Shown in pieces: positions 17,085 through 29,359 of a DNA stretch of 64,000 bases; position 1 is the first letter of the stretch, and each line of letters starts with the position of its first letter. Location of the stretch: assembly GCA_951406725.2 (NCBI GenBank), contig OX597818.1, forward strand, positions 50,158,001-50,222,000, written 5' to 3'. The translations under genes were made by a program, and so were the position numbers. The notes beneath the pieces are model-generated. The model was not told where the DNA came from, searched no databases, and was given only the letters and a program-made list of their open reading frames with translations. This DNA is from Octopus vulgaris. Its lineage: Eukaryota.

Positions 17085-17495
17085 AGGCGGCGAGCTGGTA
17101 GAAACATTAGCACGCCGGGCGAAATGCTTTGCGGTATTTCGTCTGCCACTACGTTCTGAGTTCAAATTCCGCCGAGGTCAACTTTGCCTTTCATCCTTTC
17201 GGGGTCGATTAAATAAGTACCAGTTATGCACTGAGGTCGATATAATCGCCTTAATCCGTTTGTCTGTCCTTGTTTGTCCTCTCTGTGTTTAGCCCCTTGT
17301 GGGTAGTAAAGAAATAGGTATTTCTTCTGTTGTTATGTTCTGAGCTCAAATTCCACTGAGGTCGACTTTGCCTGTCATCCTTTCGGGATCGAGTAAATAA
17401 GTACTAGTTACGCATTGGGGTCGATGTAATCGACTTAATCCCTTTGTCGGTCCTTATTTGTCCTCTCTATGTTTAGCCCCTTGTGGGCAAGAAGA
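17085..17495 (+). mobile_element. SINE family B dimer
   Basis: Head GGCGGCGAGCTGGTAGAAACATTAGC, B-box GAGTTCAAATTCC, repeated body. Confidence 0.9.
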
Positions 17496-17709
17496 AAAAA
17501 TCTCCCTCAAATCTCTTCCTACCATCTTAAAAACAGGATGAACTGCATCACGTAGTCCTAAATATTAAAAAAATGCGGTGATGGGCATAAATGGAACAAT
17601 ATTGACCGTGAGTCTGACTTACAGGTTAAACAACAACTACTGCCAATGCTTTATATAAAATAACTTTTTTGTAAATTTTATCTTTAGAGATTTGTCAATA
17701 AAATTTTAA

Positions 17710-18178
17710 GATGCATATTGGTTTCGTAGTTTCATGGTGAGAGGAAAGTAGGAAGTTGTGGCGTTCATACATTTCTCGTGCTTAAACGAATGAATTGGTT
17801 TCGTCAAGAGTAAAATAATAAAGGAACTTTTCCTTGGGCTGAGTGAAAATTGGAAGTTAAAAATATAATATAAACGACACGGTAAAGCAGATCCCATCAC
17901 TGAGGTAATAAAGTTTTTTTTCAAACTTAGTGTCAGAGAAGGAGAAAGAGAGATCCTATGACTTTTATAAGCCGTTCTTAGCTGGAGTGACTGATGCAGC
18001 CCTAATGTTCAGCTTGAATATTTACCTACAAGTCAATGTCTGCAAGGAAAACGAGGGTGGATAGAAAACCAGGATCTGATGCGAACGTTTATAATACAAT
18101 GGGTATCGTTTAAAGATACCCAAAGACCGGAAGGTGGTGTTAGATCGAAGGGCATGGGTAGTCTTGATTAAGAAAAAA
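17710..18178 (+). pseudogene. Decayed ORF resembling a Mononegavirales-type nucleoprotein C-terminal half (candidate EVE)
   Basis: Reads IGFVKSKIIKELFL..DPITEVIKFF/SNLVSEKEKERSYDFYKPFLAGVTDAALMFSL with a frameshift in a T8 run, and ends at ATTAAGAAAAAA (18167-18178). Similarity judged from memory only. Confidence 0.35.
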
Positions 18179-18698
18179 TAAACTGTTTATATGCTGAATC
18201 AATGTAACACAAAAACACTATAACCAAATAATAATGCAAAGAGTTATTAAATGGGAAAACTACACTGTATACTACAATAAAAAGAATAAGAAAACTTCAG
18301 CCAGCAGTAACATAAAAACCACCATGATTTTGACGATACTAAAACCATCAATTTTCATAAATTGCTAACACTTTTAGTTTCAAGACTCCACTAGGCCGAC
18401 AAATTGGATTGAAAACAAAAATGAAAATATGATAATGCTATTTGATGGAGTCTGAAGCAAAGTTGCAATAATTGGCGAATGAATAAAAAAAAAGCCATAA
18501 ATTTCTTTCGCATATTGTTGGTGAAATCTTCGATATTTGCAATAGCAAACAAAGTTTTATTGGGTTATTATATTACGTCTATGAATGGAAGTTCTTGAGG
18601 ATTTTGATAGTTTGTATTTTATTAATAAGAGAGTTTGCAAAACATTTATGGTAACCCTTAAAACACCATTTGTCAGTTTGGTTAGTCATTAAAAATAC

Positions 18699-19022
18699 TG
18701 GCATTTCGTCTGTTATGACGACGAGTGTTCCAGTTGATTTACTCAACGGAATAGCTTGCTCCTGAAATTAACGCACAAGTGGCTGAGCATTCCTCAGACA
18801 CGCGTACCCTTAGTAGTTCTTAGGGAGATTCAGTGGGACACAGAATGTGACATCGTTGGTCTTTTGAATTACAGCTACCACTCAGTTTTGCCAGCTGAGT
18901 GGACTTAAAACAACGTACTATAAAATGTCTCGCTCAAGAGGCACAATGTGCAAGTGGAAATTGAACTCACGACCTTACACTCGTGAGGCGAATACCCTAA
19001 CCACTTAGCCACGCGGCTTCTC
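18699..19022 (-). mobile_element. Older tRNA-derived SINE with 16-bp TSD
   Basis: TAGTCATTAAAAATAC at 18683-18698 and 19023-19038; tRNA-like head on the minus strand near 18960-19020. Confidence 0.8.
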
Positions 19023-19317
19023 TAGTCATTAAAAATACCGATGTTATAAATACGATAACACCAAGTTTTCCAGACTCAAATTATAATGAAACATGTTAGT
19101 TTACAGTTACGTATGATGATCCCACGCATATGCTGTCTCATCTCCCTGTTTTTTATGCTTCTACTATTGCAGCCTTTACTTATCGGAACTTACTGGTCTA
19201 TTCCTTCCATACACTCATCTCTCCTCTCGTCAACCTTATTGTATCCAGTTACAGGTATTACACTAAGCATTATACACTAAGCATTCCTTTCTCCTCAGAA
19301 TATTGGTTCTCTTGCAA

Positions 19318-20590
19318 GGCGGCGAGATGGCCTAAGCGTTAGCACGCCGGGTGAAATGCTTAGCGGCATTTCGTCTGCCGCTACGTTCTGAGTTCAAATT
19401 CCGCCGAGGTCGACTTTGCCCTCCATCCTTTCGGGGTCGATATAATCGAATTAATCCGTCTGTCTATCCTTGTTTGTCCCCTCTGTGTTTAGCCCTTTAT
19501 GGGCAGTAAAGAAATAGGTATTTCGTCTGCTGCTACGTTGTGAGTTCAAATTCCGCCAAGGTTGACTTTGCCTTTCATCCTTTCGGGGTCGATAAATTAA
19601 GTACCAGTTACACACTGGGGTCGATATAATCGACTTAATCCGTCTGTCTATCCTTGTTTGTCCCCTCTGTGTTTAGCCCTTTATGGGCAGTAAAGAAATA
19701 GGTATTTCGTCTGCTGCTACGTTGTGAGTTCAAATTCCGCCAAGGTTGACTTTGCCTTTCATCCTTTCGGGGTCGATAAATTAAGTACCAGTTACACACT
19801 GGGGTCGATATAATCAACTTAATCCTTTTTATCTGTCCTTATTTGTCCTCTCTGTGTTTAGCCCCTTGTGGGTAGTAAAGAAATAGGTATTTCGTCTGTC
19901 TTTAAGTTCTGAGTTTAAATTCCATCGAGGTCGACTTTGCCTTTCATCCTTTCGGGATCGATAAATGAAATACGCACTGGGGTCGATGTAATCGACTTAA
20001 TCCCTTTGTCTGTCCATTTTTGTCCCCTATATGATTAGCGCCTTTTAGGCAATGAAGAAGTAAGAAATATTAGCACGCCAGGTGAAATGCTTAGCGGAAT
20101 TTCGTCTGTCTTTATGTTCTGAGTTCAAACTCCGCTGGGGTCGACTTTGCCTTTCATCCTTTCGGGGTCGATTAAATAAGTACCAGTTACGCACTGGCGT
20201 CGATATAATCAACTTAATCCGTTTGTCTGTCATTGTTTGTCCCCTCTCTGTTTAGCCCCTTGTGGGCAATAAAGAAATAAGAAACATTAGCACGCCGGGT
20301 GAAGTGCCTTCATCCTTTCGGGGTCGATTAAATAAGTACCAGTTACGCACTGGGGTCGATATAATCGACTTAATCCGTTTGTCTGTCCTTGTTTGTCCTG
20401 TCTGTGTTTAGCCCCTTGTGGTTAGTAAAGAAATAGGTATTTCGTCTGTCTTTAAATTCTGAGTTCAAATTCCACCGAGGTCGACTTTGCCTTTCATCCT
20501 TTCAAAGTCGATAAATTAAGTACCAATTGCGTCCTGGGGTAGATCTAATCCCCCAAAATGTCGGGCCTTGTGCCTGGAGTAGAAAAGAAT
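19318..20590 (+). mobile_element. Tandem array of SINE family B units
   Basis: TATTTCGTCTG restarts at ~19519, 19703 and 19888 (~184-bp period); further partial heads at ~20070 and 20285. Confidence 0.9.
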
Positions 20591-20739
20591 GTTGGTTCTC
20601 TTGCATTTCGTTTTTATATATTTTCCCCGAAGTTGTGATTTTGCAATTACCCAAGTTGAAAGTTAATGGTGCGCATCTTACCGATCTCAGAGGTCCTGTA
20701 AAATGGTCCTGGTGGATGTTTTCAATTTTTTTTTCAGTA

Positions 20740-20765
20740 TCTCTCTATATATAAACGGCAAAATA

Positions 20766-20809
<44 letters not shown>

Positions 20810-21145
20810 TGTGTGTGTATCCTTTATACAAATCCACAAATTTTCAGTTTGAGGGCTCGCACTCTCTATAGTCATTCAAAACCGTCCAAGGGTGGTTGTG
20901 CACATCTTTACATTTCCCCAGTCACCCTGCAAAGCCATTAGAAAAGCAATAGAAGTGACTTTTTTGTGAATTTTCTATCCAAAACCCAATCAAAATGCCC
21001 GAAACTTGATACGCCAATTGAATGCCAGCTAGCTGTGTGTGATTGGTCGGAGATTTGGACAGTACTCGCGTGTATGTGCGCATGCACGCAGCTGTATATG
21101 CATGCACTAGCACTATGACCTGGCGTTGTTGGGTCATAGTGCTAG
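20740..21145 (+). mobile_element. Non-autonomous Helitron-like element
   Basis: A|TC start, internal (TG)n, subterminal GC-rich hairpin, CTAG|T end. Its 5' end is shared with 63311. Confidence 0.7.
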
Positions 21146-21464
21146 TTATTAATAAATGCAGTGAATGTTTTGTATTAGATGTCTAGATTACGTGTGGCTG
21201 AAGCGTGTATACATAATCTTTGGGTAGATAATGGTATCGTTTGCGCGTTAGCGTGTAAATCGTTATAAGTAGCTACAAAGTTGTTAGTATACATAAGAAA
21301 TAACGTAGGCGACATAACCAAACTATGATGCGCACTAAAGTTTATAAAGAACTGGCTGGAAAGGCCTTTATCAATGAACGCTGATATGGCACAGTCTGTC
21401 AGATACGTCTTATCCTAAAGATGAGAATGTTGTGGGTTCTATAGACTAGCTACTTAGAGCGTTC

Positions 21465-21940
21465 GGATCTTTTCGGCTTGAACGGCAGTTTTTTCTAGCG
21501 GTGTCATATGAAATTGTCACCCATAATTATGACCCTAGTATCGATCTATTGCATTTCAATCTGTTTTAGGGTTAGGATTAGAGTTACGGTTAGTTAGGGT
21601 TACGGTTAGTTAGGGTTAGGGTTAGTTAAGGTTAGGGTTAGGGGTGGGGGAAGGGTATCTTTTTTTCTTCAGAAATGTAAAATAAACCCAATCTGTTTCT
21701 TAAACGAGGGACATTTTCATACGGCACAGAATGCTTTCACCTCAATAGACGTCATTGATTGGTTGAAATTGCAGAAATTGAAGAAAAAAAAACAAATATC
21801 TTACAAAATATAGAATTTTCTCAATAAAGCCAAGAGAAAAAGATGTTTTATAAACACATTCTACCAGTTATACGAAGTTTAAAAGTGTTTAGTTACGTGG
21901 AAATTATTTTTAAAAAATGCCGTTCAAACCGAAAAGATCC
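21465..21940. mobile_element. MITE with GG termini, 8-bp TSD and internal TTAGGG repeats (possibly Merlin-like)
   Basis: TIR GGATCTTTTCGGCTTGAACGGCA / TGCCGTTCAAACCGAAAAGATCC; TSD GAGCGTTC at 21457-21464 and 21941-21948. Confidence 0.85.
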
Positions 21941-22536
21941 GAGCGTTCTTTTGTCAGATATGACCCGAGGCTTTGCTGATTTGTAAAGAATATATCACTA
22001 TTTTCACCACCGTTTGGACATTTCGCGGGAGTGCACTATAGCGAAGTAAGCCTCCGGCAGATCAACGGAAGCGGAAACTTTAAGTTACTAAATTTGTCAC
22101 TAACGTTTCTTGCCGTTCATCGTCTCATTCCTATAATAAAATGATGTTGGTATGCATTTCTCCCTCTCTGTATCGTATGCGCGGCTAATGTGATTTATGT
22201 AGACATTTACCGCATTGTTTATAATCCAAAAAGTTTCGATAAACTGATGTTATTGGTGTTATCTTCCCCGTTGGTCACGAAAAAAAAAAAATTTTTTAAC
22301 GTCCTTAGTGAAGGCTTTTGGCAATTTATTTCATAATCTCAGTTGATCGAAGTTTTATAGCTCACTGTATTTATGTCTTTATATCTGTGAAGGATCTGTT
22401 ATGAATTGATGCTTCTTCTCTCGGTACATTATGATATATCGTAGTTGAAGTTTGGTATCCACTCATTTGTAATAAAAACGGACGTTTTATACTGTTGCCT
22501 CGTATTCGTTTATACATTTGCTCAGAACAGTTTAAT

Positions 22537-22937
22537 ACTCTTTTACTCTTTTACTTGTTTCAGTCATTTGACTGCGGCCATGCTGGAGCACCGCCTTTAG
22601 TCGAGCAAATCGACCCCGGGACTTATTCTTTGTAAGCCCAGTACTTATTCTATCGGTCTCTTTTGCCGAACCGCTAAGTGACGGGGACGTAAACACACCA
22701 GCATCGGTTGTCAAGCAATGCTAGGGGGACAAATACAGACACACAAACATATACACACACACATATATATATATATATACATATATACGACAGGCTTCTT
22801 TCAGTTTCCGTCTACCAAATCCACTCACAAAGCATTGGTCGGCCCGAGGCTATAGCAGAAGACACTTGCTGTGGGACTGAACCCGGAACCATGTGGCTGA
22901 TTAGCAAGCTACTTACCACACAGCCACTCCTGCGCCT
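22537..22937 (-). mobile_element. SINE family A
   Basis: Reverse complement of the 16185 copy. Confidence 0.9.
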
Positions 22938-23479
22938 ATAGAATAAAAACAACATTCTATAGAATAGAATAAAACGATTGATTTTTGGCAACTGCTTCTT
23001 GTCACAGTGCTTTTATTTTTCGTTTAAAATGCAAAAATACAATAACAAGAGGAAAACTTTGATCGCATAGCTTTGACAGCACTTCATTGGATACAAGTAC
23101 AAAATGACGCATTGAAAAACTACTTCAACAGATTTTTCTGTTGAATTCCCAGACTCAACCGAACAATAAAGACTCACGCTACTTACTAACTTCATTTCTC
23201 CTCCAGTTTTCAATCATATTGCAGGTTGTATCTACTATAGTATTAACGGGAAGCTTTATGAAAATAAACAAAAGACGAAGGCAGGTGGAATACAAACAAA
23301 CAATTGTATTAGTATGGCGCTCAGGAATAAAAATGAAACAAGTCTTTTACGTTTCGAGCTTACGCTCTTCAACTGAAAGATACACAGAAAAGAAACACGG
23401 AGAGAAACAAGGAGAGAAAAAAAAATGCGTGCAGAAGCTAGCGAATCAACATGGCGATACTATAGTACTACAATAGTTG

Positions 23480-23990
23480 CCGTAAATCCTTGAGTATAAT
23501 CCGCATTTCCCACCCAAACTTTAAAGGTCAAAATCCCTAGTGCGTATTATACACGAGGTTAAAAATGATAATTATTTTCTAAGCAATGTCCGAGTCTCTA
23601 TTTGCTGTCCGGCAATGTTTATTCAGACGCATTTTGTGATGTCGGCGCGAAAATACCTTAAGCTAAGCCTGAAAGCAATGAAGTCATAAAAGAATCATCC
23701 ATAACTTGCAGTAAGCAAAATTTATTAAACGTTATTATTGTTATTTCTTTATTTTCTGCAAACAAAATGCACAAAAAAGCTACACGTTTGCATTATGTTA
23801 TATATACAATAATAACAAAGGACGTTATCGTATACATTTTTACAAACCAAGGACGTTATATAGACTTCCTTGACTCAAGTTAGAAAAGGGGTGCGTATTA
23901 TACACAAGGTTTAGGTTTTTCAGAGATACTGCCCCCTAAAATTCCCCCAAGTATTATACTCAAGAGCGGACTATACTCGAGGATTTACGG
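23480..23990 (+). mobile_element. pogo/Tigger-like MITE, copy 3
   Basis: Same TIRs and body as 1909-2420. Confidence 0.85.
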
Positions 23991-24146
23991 TACTATTAAT
24001 ACTTTCGAACGTATCTTTATTAAACAACAGAATACAATTTTTTGTAGATTACAATTGCAATCACGAAAATAACCTGGCAAAAACCCTGAATTTTATGACA
24101 CAATTATACACCACCACGCCAGGCACTATAAATTCCTAGCTATAAC

Positions 24147-24356
24147 TCTCTTTTACTCTTTTACTTGTTTCAGTCATTTGACTGCGGCCATGCTGGAACA
24201 CCGCCTTTAATCGAGCAACTTGACCCCGGGACTTATTCTTTTGTAAGCCCAGTACTTATCCTATCGGTCTCTTTTGCCGAACCGTTAAGTTACGGGGACA
24301 TAGACACGCCAGCATCGGTTGTCAAGCAATGCTAGGGGGACAAACACAAACACACA

Positions 24357-24416
<60 letters not shown>

Positions 24417-24574
24417 TACGACGGGCTTCTTTCAGTTTCCGTCTACCAAATCCACTCACAAGGCTTTGGTTGGCCCGAGGCTATAGTAGAAGACACCTGC
24501 CCAAGGTGTCACGCAGTGGGACTGAACCCGGAACCATGTGGTTGGTAAACAAGCTACTTACCACACAGCCACTC
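24147..24574 (-). mobile_element. SINE family A
   Basis: Reverse complement of the family A sequence. Confidence 0.9.
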
Positions 24575-24870
24575 AGGAAAACCTTAAAGAGCTATTTATT
24601 CCCGGAATCTCTTCTGTCTACATTTGACTAAGACTACCTGGGAACTTTCCACTGGATTCGGAAGGTAATCCAATCTCGTTCTCTCGAAAATGCTCTGAGA
24701 AATGTAAAGGTTTTCCAGTAATCTTACTTCCTGTCAATGCAAAACTACAGCAAAACTATGGCCGAGCTCCTTTAACAACGAGTTGTCATTATGAAGAAAC
24801 TAACTTGTTGCGAAGATCCTGTTTATGTACTGATTCTTATCATAACCGTTCTGTTATCTAGCAAAATTTA

Positions 24871-25049
24871 CCGTATTTTAACGCGTATAAGGGGCCCTCC
24901 TGTGTACGGACCCCCTCCCTAATATTCTGGGCTTAAAATTTGGAAAAAAGGTGTTGTAAGGGATTATAGTACTATCCATGTATAAGAGACTAATATTTTT
25001 TAACCTAATTTTTGACAAAAAAGTGTTCCTTATACACGTTAAAATGCAG
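24871..25049. mobile_element. Short pogo-like MITE
   Basis: TA-CCGTATTTTAACGCGTATAAGG...CCTTATACACGTTAAAATGCAG-TA inverted ends. Confidence 0.7.
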
Positions 25050-25234
25050 TAAGTCGTCTTGACCTACTGGTGAATACTTTCAAGTTTTTTTTTTTTCAGT
25101 ATCTCTCTATATTTCAACTGCAAAAAATTGATTGTAGATTTTTCACGAGTACCACACCAGCAATTACAATCCTTGCTACAACAAAGGTACATCAAAGAAA
25201 TGTACCTTCACATCACACAACCACTTCAATTACA

Positions 25235-26820
25235 AAAGTAAGGAAAATCGACGAATAAGAATTTTTGTTGGTGCATAGTTATAATTCTACAATCGTGCTA
25301 ACATATGTCTAGCAAAGATAACACAGCCGCTAATGATCATACAAGACGATTTTCTATAATACCTTCAGGAATTTCAAATTTACATAAGTTTTTATGCAAT
25401 CTCTCAACGCCTTGATAGTGTCAGATCTTAGAACAATCCATTTTCTTCAGAAGATGTTAAAAATCTTACGACGAATACACAACATACTCGGAATCGAAAC
25501 CAGGAGTCTAACATCTTCTGCATACCAAAATGATTAAGTTCACACAATCATCTTTGCGGCTCGGTATCGACTTAAAAAGTCCTCTACAATTGTTTAACTC
25601 TCAACGTTACTTGCTACTGATTATATTGGGTTGTCCGGAAAGTTTATGCCGATTTATAGTAGCTTACCTTTCGACTTATTTTAGAACACGGTTGAGTCCA
25701 TAAAATAGGATTTTACACCACCTCAATTTTGAGCACAGTTAAACCTATCTTTCCGTGGAAGAGGGTTTATGTTCCTGTGTTAATTCTGTAACCCTTCAAA
25801 ATGGAAGATAAGAAAGTTCATTTTCGGCACTTGATGCTTTGGGAACCAGACAAAAATTGCTGCAGCTCAGCTGGAATGTGTTACCCCACCCTCCATATTC
25901 ACCACTTATTCAGGTCTCTGCAGAATAGTCTTAATGGTAAAAATTTCAATTCCTTGGATGACATAAAAAGATACCTTGATGAATTCTTTGCCAGGAAACC
26001 ACCTCGATTCTTGGAAGAGGGTATTTTCAAGTTAAGGAAAGATGGAGACGCATTGCGCAACAAAATAGTTCATATTTGGTTGATTAGAAATGTAATGGCA
26101 AGTATTTATTGACCTTTTTCTTTCCTTTAAAAATCAGCGCGAACTTTCCGGACAACCCAATAGATGAATACCCCAAATTCTCTTTGCTGTTGTATATTCT
26201 TACATGACAGCTTATACAGTAATTCGATAATTACGAAAGACTGGTGAAATCTACTAATTTGTACTTTCGTTCCATGAGCCTTATACTAAACTTTTGTTGA
26301 AGGCTGGCATCTAGCCATTTGGTATATATATATGGATGTGGGCAGTTTTGTTTCATATACCGAAGTCGAACATTTTAATCGAACAAAACGATTGATTCTC
26401 AGCAACTGTTTCTCGTCATAACATTATCTGCTGTTGAAATAAACATATATGTGAGGTATCCATAAACCCTGCCCCACCCACAAAATAACAACACCAAAAC
26501 CCAAAACATTTCTGCGGTATTCAATATATATTTGTGTAGTATCGTTAGCCAAAGTTTAATATATGCGGTGTATTGATGGCCAGAATGCACCAGTATTCTG
26601 TCAAAACCCAAGATATATCATAGTACAGTGCAGTTGAGATATTTCAAAGTTATATCTATAGCCAAGATGTATCACTGTTGTAACTATGGCCAAGATACAT
26701 TAATGTTGTATCAGTAAGAAATCGTTTCTTGGATTCTTAGCCAGGAATCGAAACCTTAGCCTAGATTTTTCATATCCATAAACAAAATGTATCTGTGTAC
26801 CATTTGCAGTCAAGGCAAAT
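25235..26820 (+). pseudogene. Unknown decayed intronless gene family, copy B
   Basis: VSDLRTIHFLQKMLKILRRIH..ARYRLKKSSTIV [mariner] LHDSLY..VEGWHLAIW..EVEHFNRTKRLILSNCF. DNA is visibly similar to the reverse complement of 49085-49610. Confidence 0.6.
25626..26160 (+). mobile_element. Internally deleted mariner element
   Basis: TA-TTGGGTTGTCCGGAAAGTT TIRs. MEDKKVHFRHLML N-terminus is fused to a transposase C-terminus (HLFRSLQNSLNGKNF). Confidence 0.9.
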
Positions 26821-26837
26821 CTATATAATATCAATGG

Positions 26838-26908
<71 letters not shown>

Positions 26909-27512
26909 AAATAAGCAACAAGTATATCCAAGGTAGAGTAGTACAAATGTTTCATACTACTTCATTTTATTAAACACTGTAAGTATTACATCAGTTTTAA
27001 AATGTCGAGCAATATATACACTACACCATACGACTTTACACATCACATTATATATACACACACACGTCCAGACCTCTCATACGCACTACATACTCTCTCA
27101 TACACACACACACTCTTATGTTGGGGCGAGGTCATTTAACCCTGTTATCTCCCCTAATTTCGCTCTTGCGTCTCACGTTTGATCTTTGACTTCTGGCCGA
27201 AATCAGATCGCCATGTTGATTCGCTAGCCTCTGCACGCATTTTTTACTCTCCTTGTTTCTTTCTGTGTTTCTTTTCTGTGTATCTTTCTGTTGAAGAGCG
27301 TAGGTTCGAAACGTAAAAGACTTGTTTTATTTATATTCCTGAGCGCCATACTAATACATTTGTTTGTTTGTATTCCACCTGCCTTCGTCTTTTGTTTATT
27401 TTCATAAAGCTTCCCGTTATATTTATATATATATATATATATACTTTATTTTAAGCAGCAGAAAATTCAACAAAATCTGTTACTCTGAGTTTCTCGTTGC
27501 CGTTCATCAGAC

Positions 27513-27579
<67 letters not shown>

Positions 27580-27660
27580 CGGTTAATTTTTAGGAAGGCT
27601 GCAGTTCTCTTGTTCGGGGTCACTAATTGTAATAAAATTTTTGTTGTTATAATTGCATGT

Positions 27661-28187
27661 TGTAGGATGTGAAAGATGGACAATGCATGAAGTTTTAAGA
27701 AAGTATTTATTTTCCGTTACGTTCCAAATATCTTGCTTCGACGGGCAGGTTATGATAAATCCAAAAGCATGCGAAGTAACGTTTGTGTTTGTGTCCTCTT
27801 CAATGTTTAGTAGTAATTACAGAGAGAGATAGAATGATGTAAGAGAACAGAATTAGAGCTAGTGAGAGTTGTAGGGTGTGGGACGTTGTCTCACAGTTGC
27901 TGACAGTAAACTTCATTTCTCCCTCTCACCAAGATTCTAGCTGGTCAGCCAGACTTCGTTCTCATTGAGTCGTTACCATGTGACTGAACTCGTTGAGTCG
28001 TCACCGACTGTGACTAACTGATTTTTATTTGGGGTGTGCTTGCTTTTATAACTATCTAGAAGGATAGATATATCATTGAGAACAATAGATTTAGTTGGTG
28101 GTCTTGTTATCTCTATTCTAGGTTTTGATGAAGTAGAAGAGGTTAGAAACGGTCAAGTGGTGAAGACACTATTTCGGCCTTGCTACA
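27661..28187 (-). mobile_element. Possible solo LTR
   Basis: TGTAG...CTACA ends, with TATAAAA (~28044-28050) and AATAAA (~27705-27710) in the correct order on the minus strand. No clean TSD. Confidence 0.4.
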
Positions 28188-28315
28188 TGTAGCTAGAAAA
28201 CGTAAAACTGCTGTCAGAGAAAATCCATTGTTCCACCGTGGGAAAAGTTTTGTTACAGCGTTAATTTAAATTTGGCTATGATGGATCGAATCCACTTCAT
28301 GCTTGCAAGATCCAC

Positions 28316-28361
<46 letters not shown>

Positions 28362-29029
28362 GTACCCACAGCCATGAAACGTTCTGTGCAATATCAGACC
28401 AAGATGTACCTGTGTAATACCTAAAACTAAGATATACAAAGTGTATTCCAGAAGTTTTGTGTGTGTGCGTGTGTGTGTAGTATCTATGCCAAAGATATAT
28501 CTGTATAGCATACATGGTAAATATATATCTATAAATTATTTCTTTGATTTCGCATTCAATTCACCACTTTAAGAAGCGGGAGCTTTAGCTCGACAATGTT
28601 CTACGAGTTTGAAGAAGATAGTAAGAAAATGTCCTCTTGTGTATATCTTCTTAAAATTCTGAAATATGTCCGACATAAAACCTCGTTTAACAGCACTACT
28701 ACCCGGCTTTGGGCTGGCTTTGGCATATGGTCAATCTGGGTTTCAGTTGCATCAGCGGTCTCGCTAGTTTGGGAGAGCTTTTGAATGTACATGATGTTAG
28801 AAACGAAGGTTTTCAGTTCTGAGCATACGGCGTATTCCTCGTGAGATTTTCAACACCTGCAGAAAATGGGCAGCAACAGAAGCAGCAGCAAGAAGAAGAA
28901 GAAGAAGAAGAAGAAGAAGAAGAAGAACAACAACAACAACAACTGGAGCAATTTTTCACCGAACAGAGAGCGTTAAAAATATCAAACAGCATATCAACAT
29001 TAAAAAAAAGAAGATAGAATCATATCACG

Positions 29030-29313
29030 CAGTGTTTCTCAATCGAGGTTCATGTGATCCTTGGGGGGTGGGGGGCATATGTTCCTTGGGGATCCAAATA
29101 AGATTTTGTTGTTAAAATTTATGTGCAATAAAATCGTTATACTTCTACAATACACAAAATATTAAAATTTTTTAAATACAATTCCTAATAATATTTAATT
29201 ATAACCACACAGGAGGATTTTTTAAAATACATCGAATGGCTATGGAGGTCCAGTGGGGTAAAATAGGAGTGAAAGGGGTCCATAGGTAAAAAAAAAATGG
29301 TTGAGAACCACTA
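29030..29313. mobile_element. hAT/Charlie-like MITE
   Basis: CAGTGTTTCTCAA...TTGAGAACCACTA inverted ends. Confidence 0.65.
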
Positions 29314-29359
29314 ATCTAACCTTACACAGTCTGTGCCTTACACTTAAAGTATATCTTGT

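Larger units (their letters stand above)
21146..24860 (+). pseudogene. Unknown decayed intronless gene family, copy A (split by five insertions)
   Basis: AHCIYVFISVKDLL*IDASSL..VEVWYPLI..YICSEQFN [SINE] RIKRLIFGNCFLS aligns with copies B and D. Boundaries approximate. Confidence 0.5.

Noticed and set aside
19318-20590. Regularly spaced repeats suggestive of a CRISPR array
   Set aside because: Whole units repeat with no unique spacers; they are SINE multimers in eukaryotic DNA and no cas genes are present.
21566-21645. TTAGGG tract as a relic chromosome end or fusion
   Set aside because: It lies inside a MITE with TIRs and a TSD.
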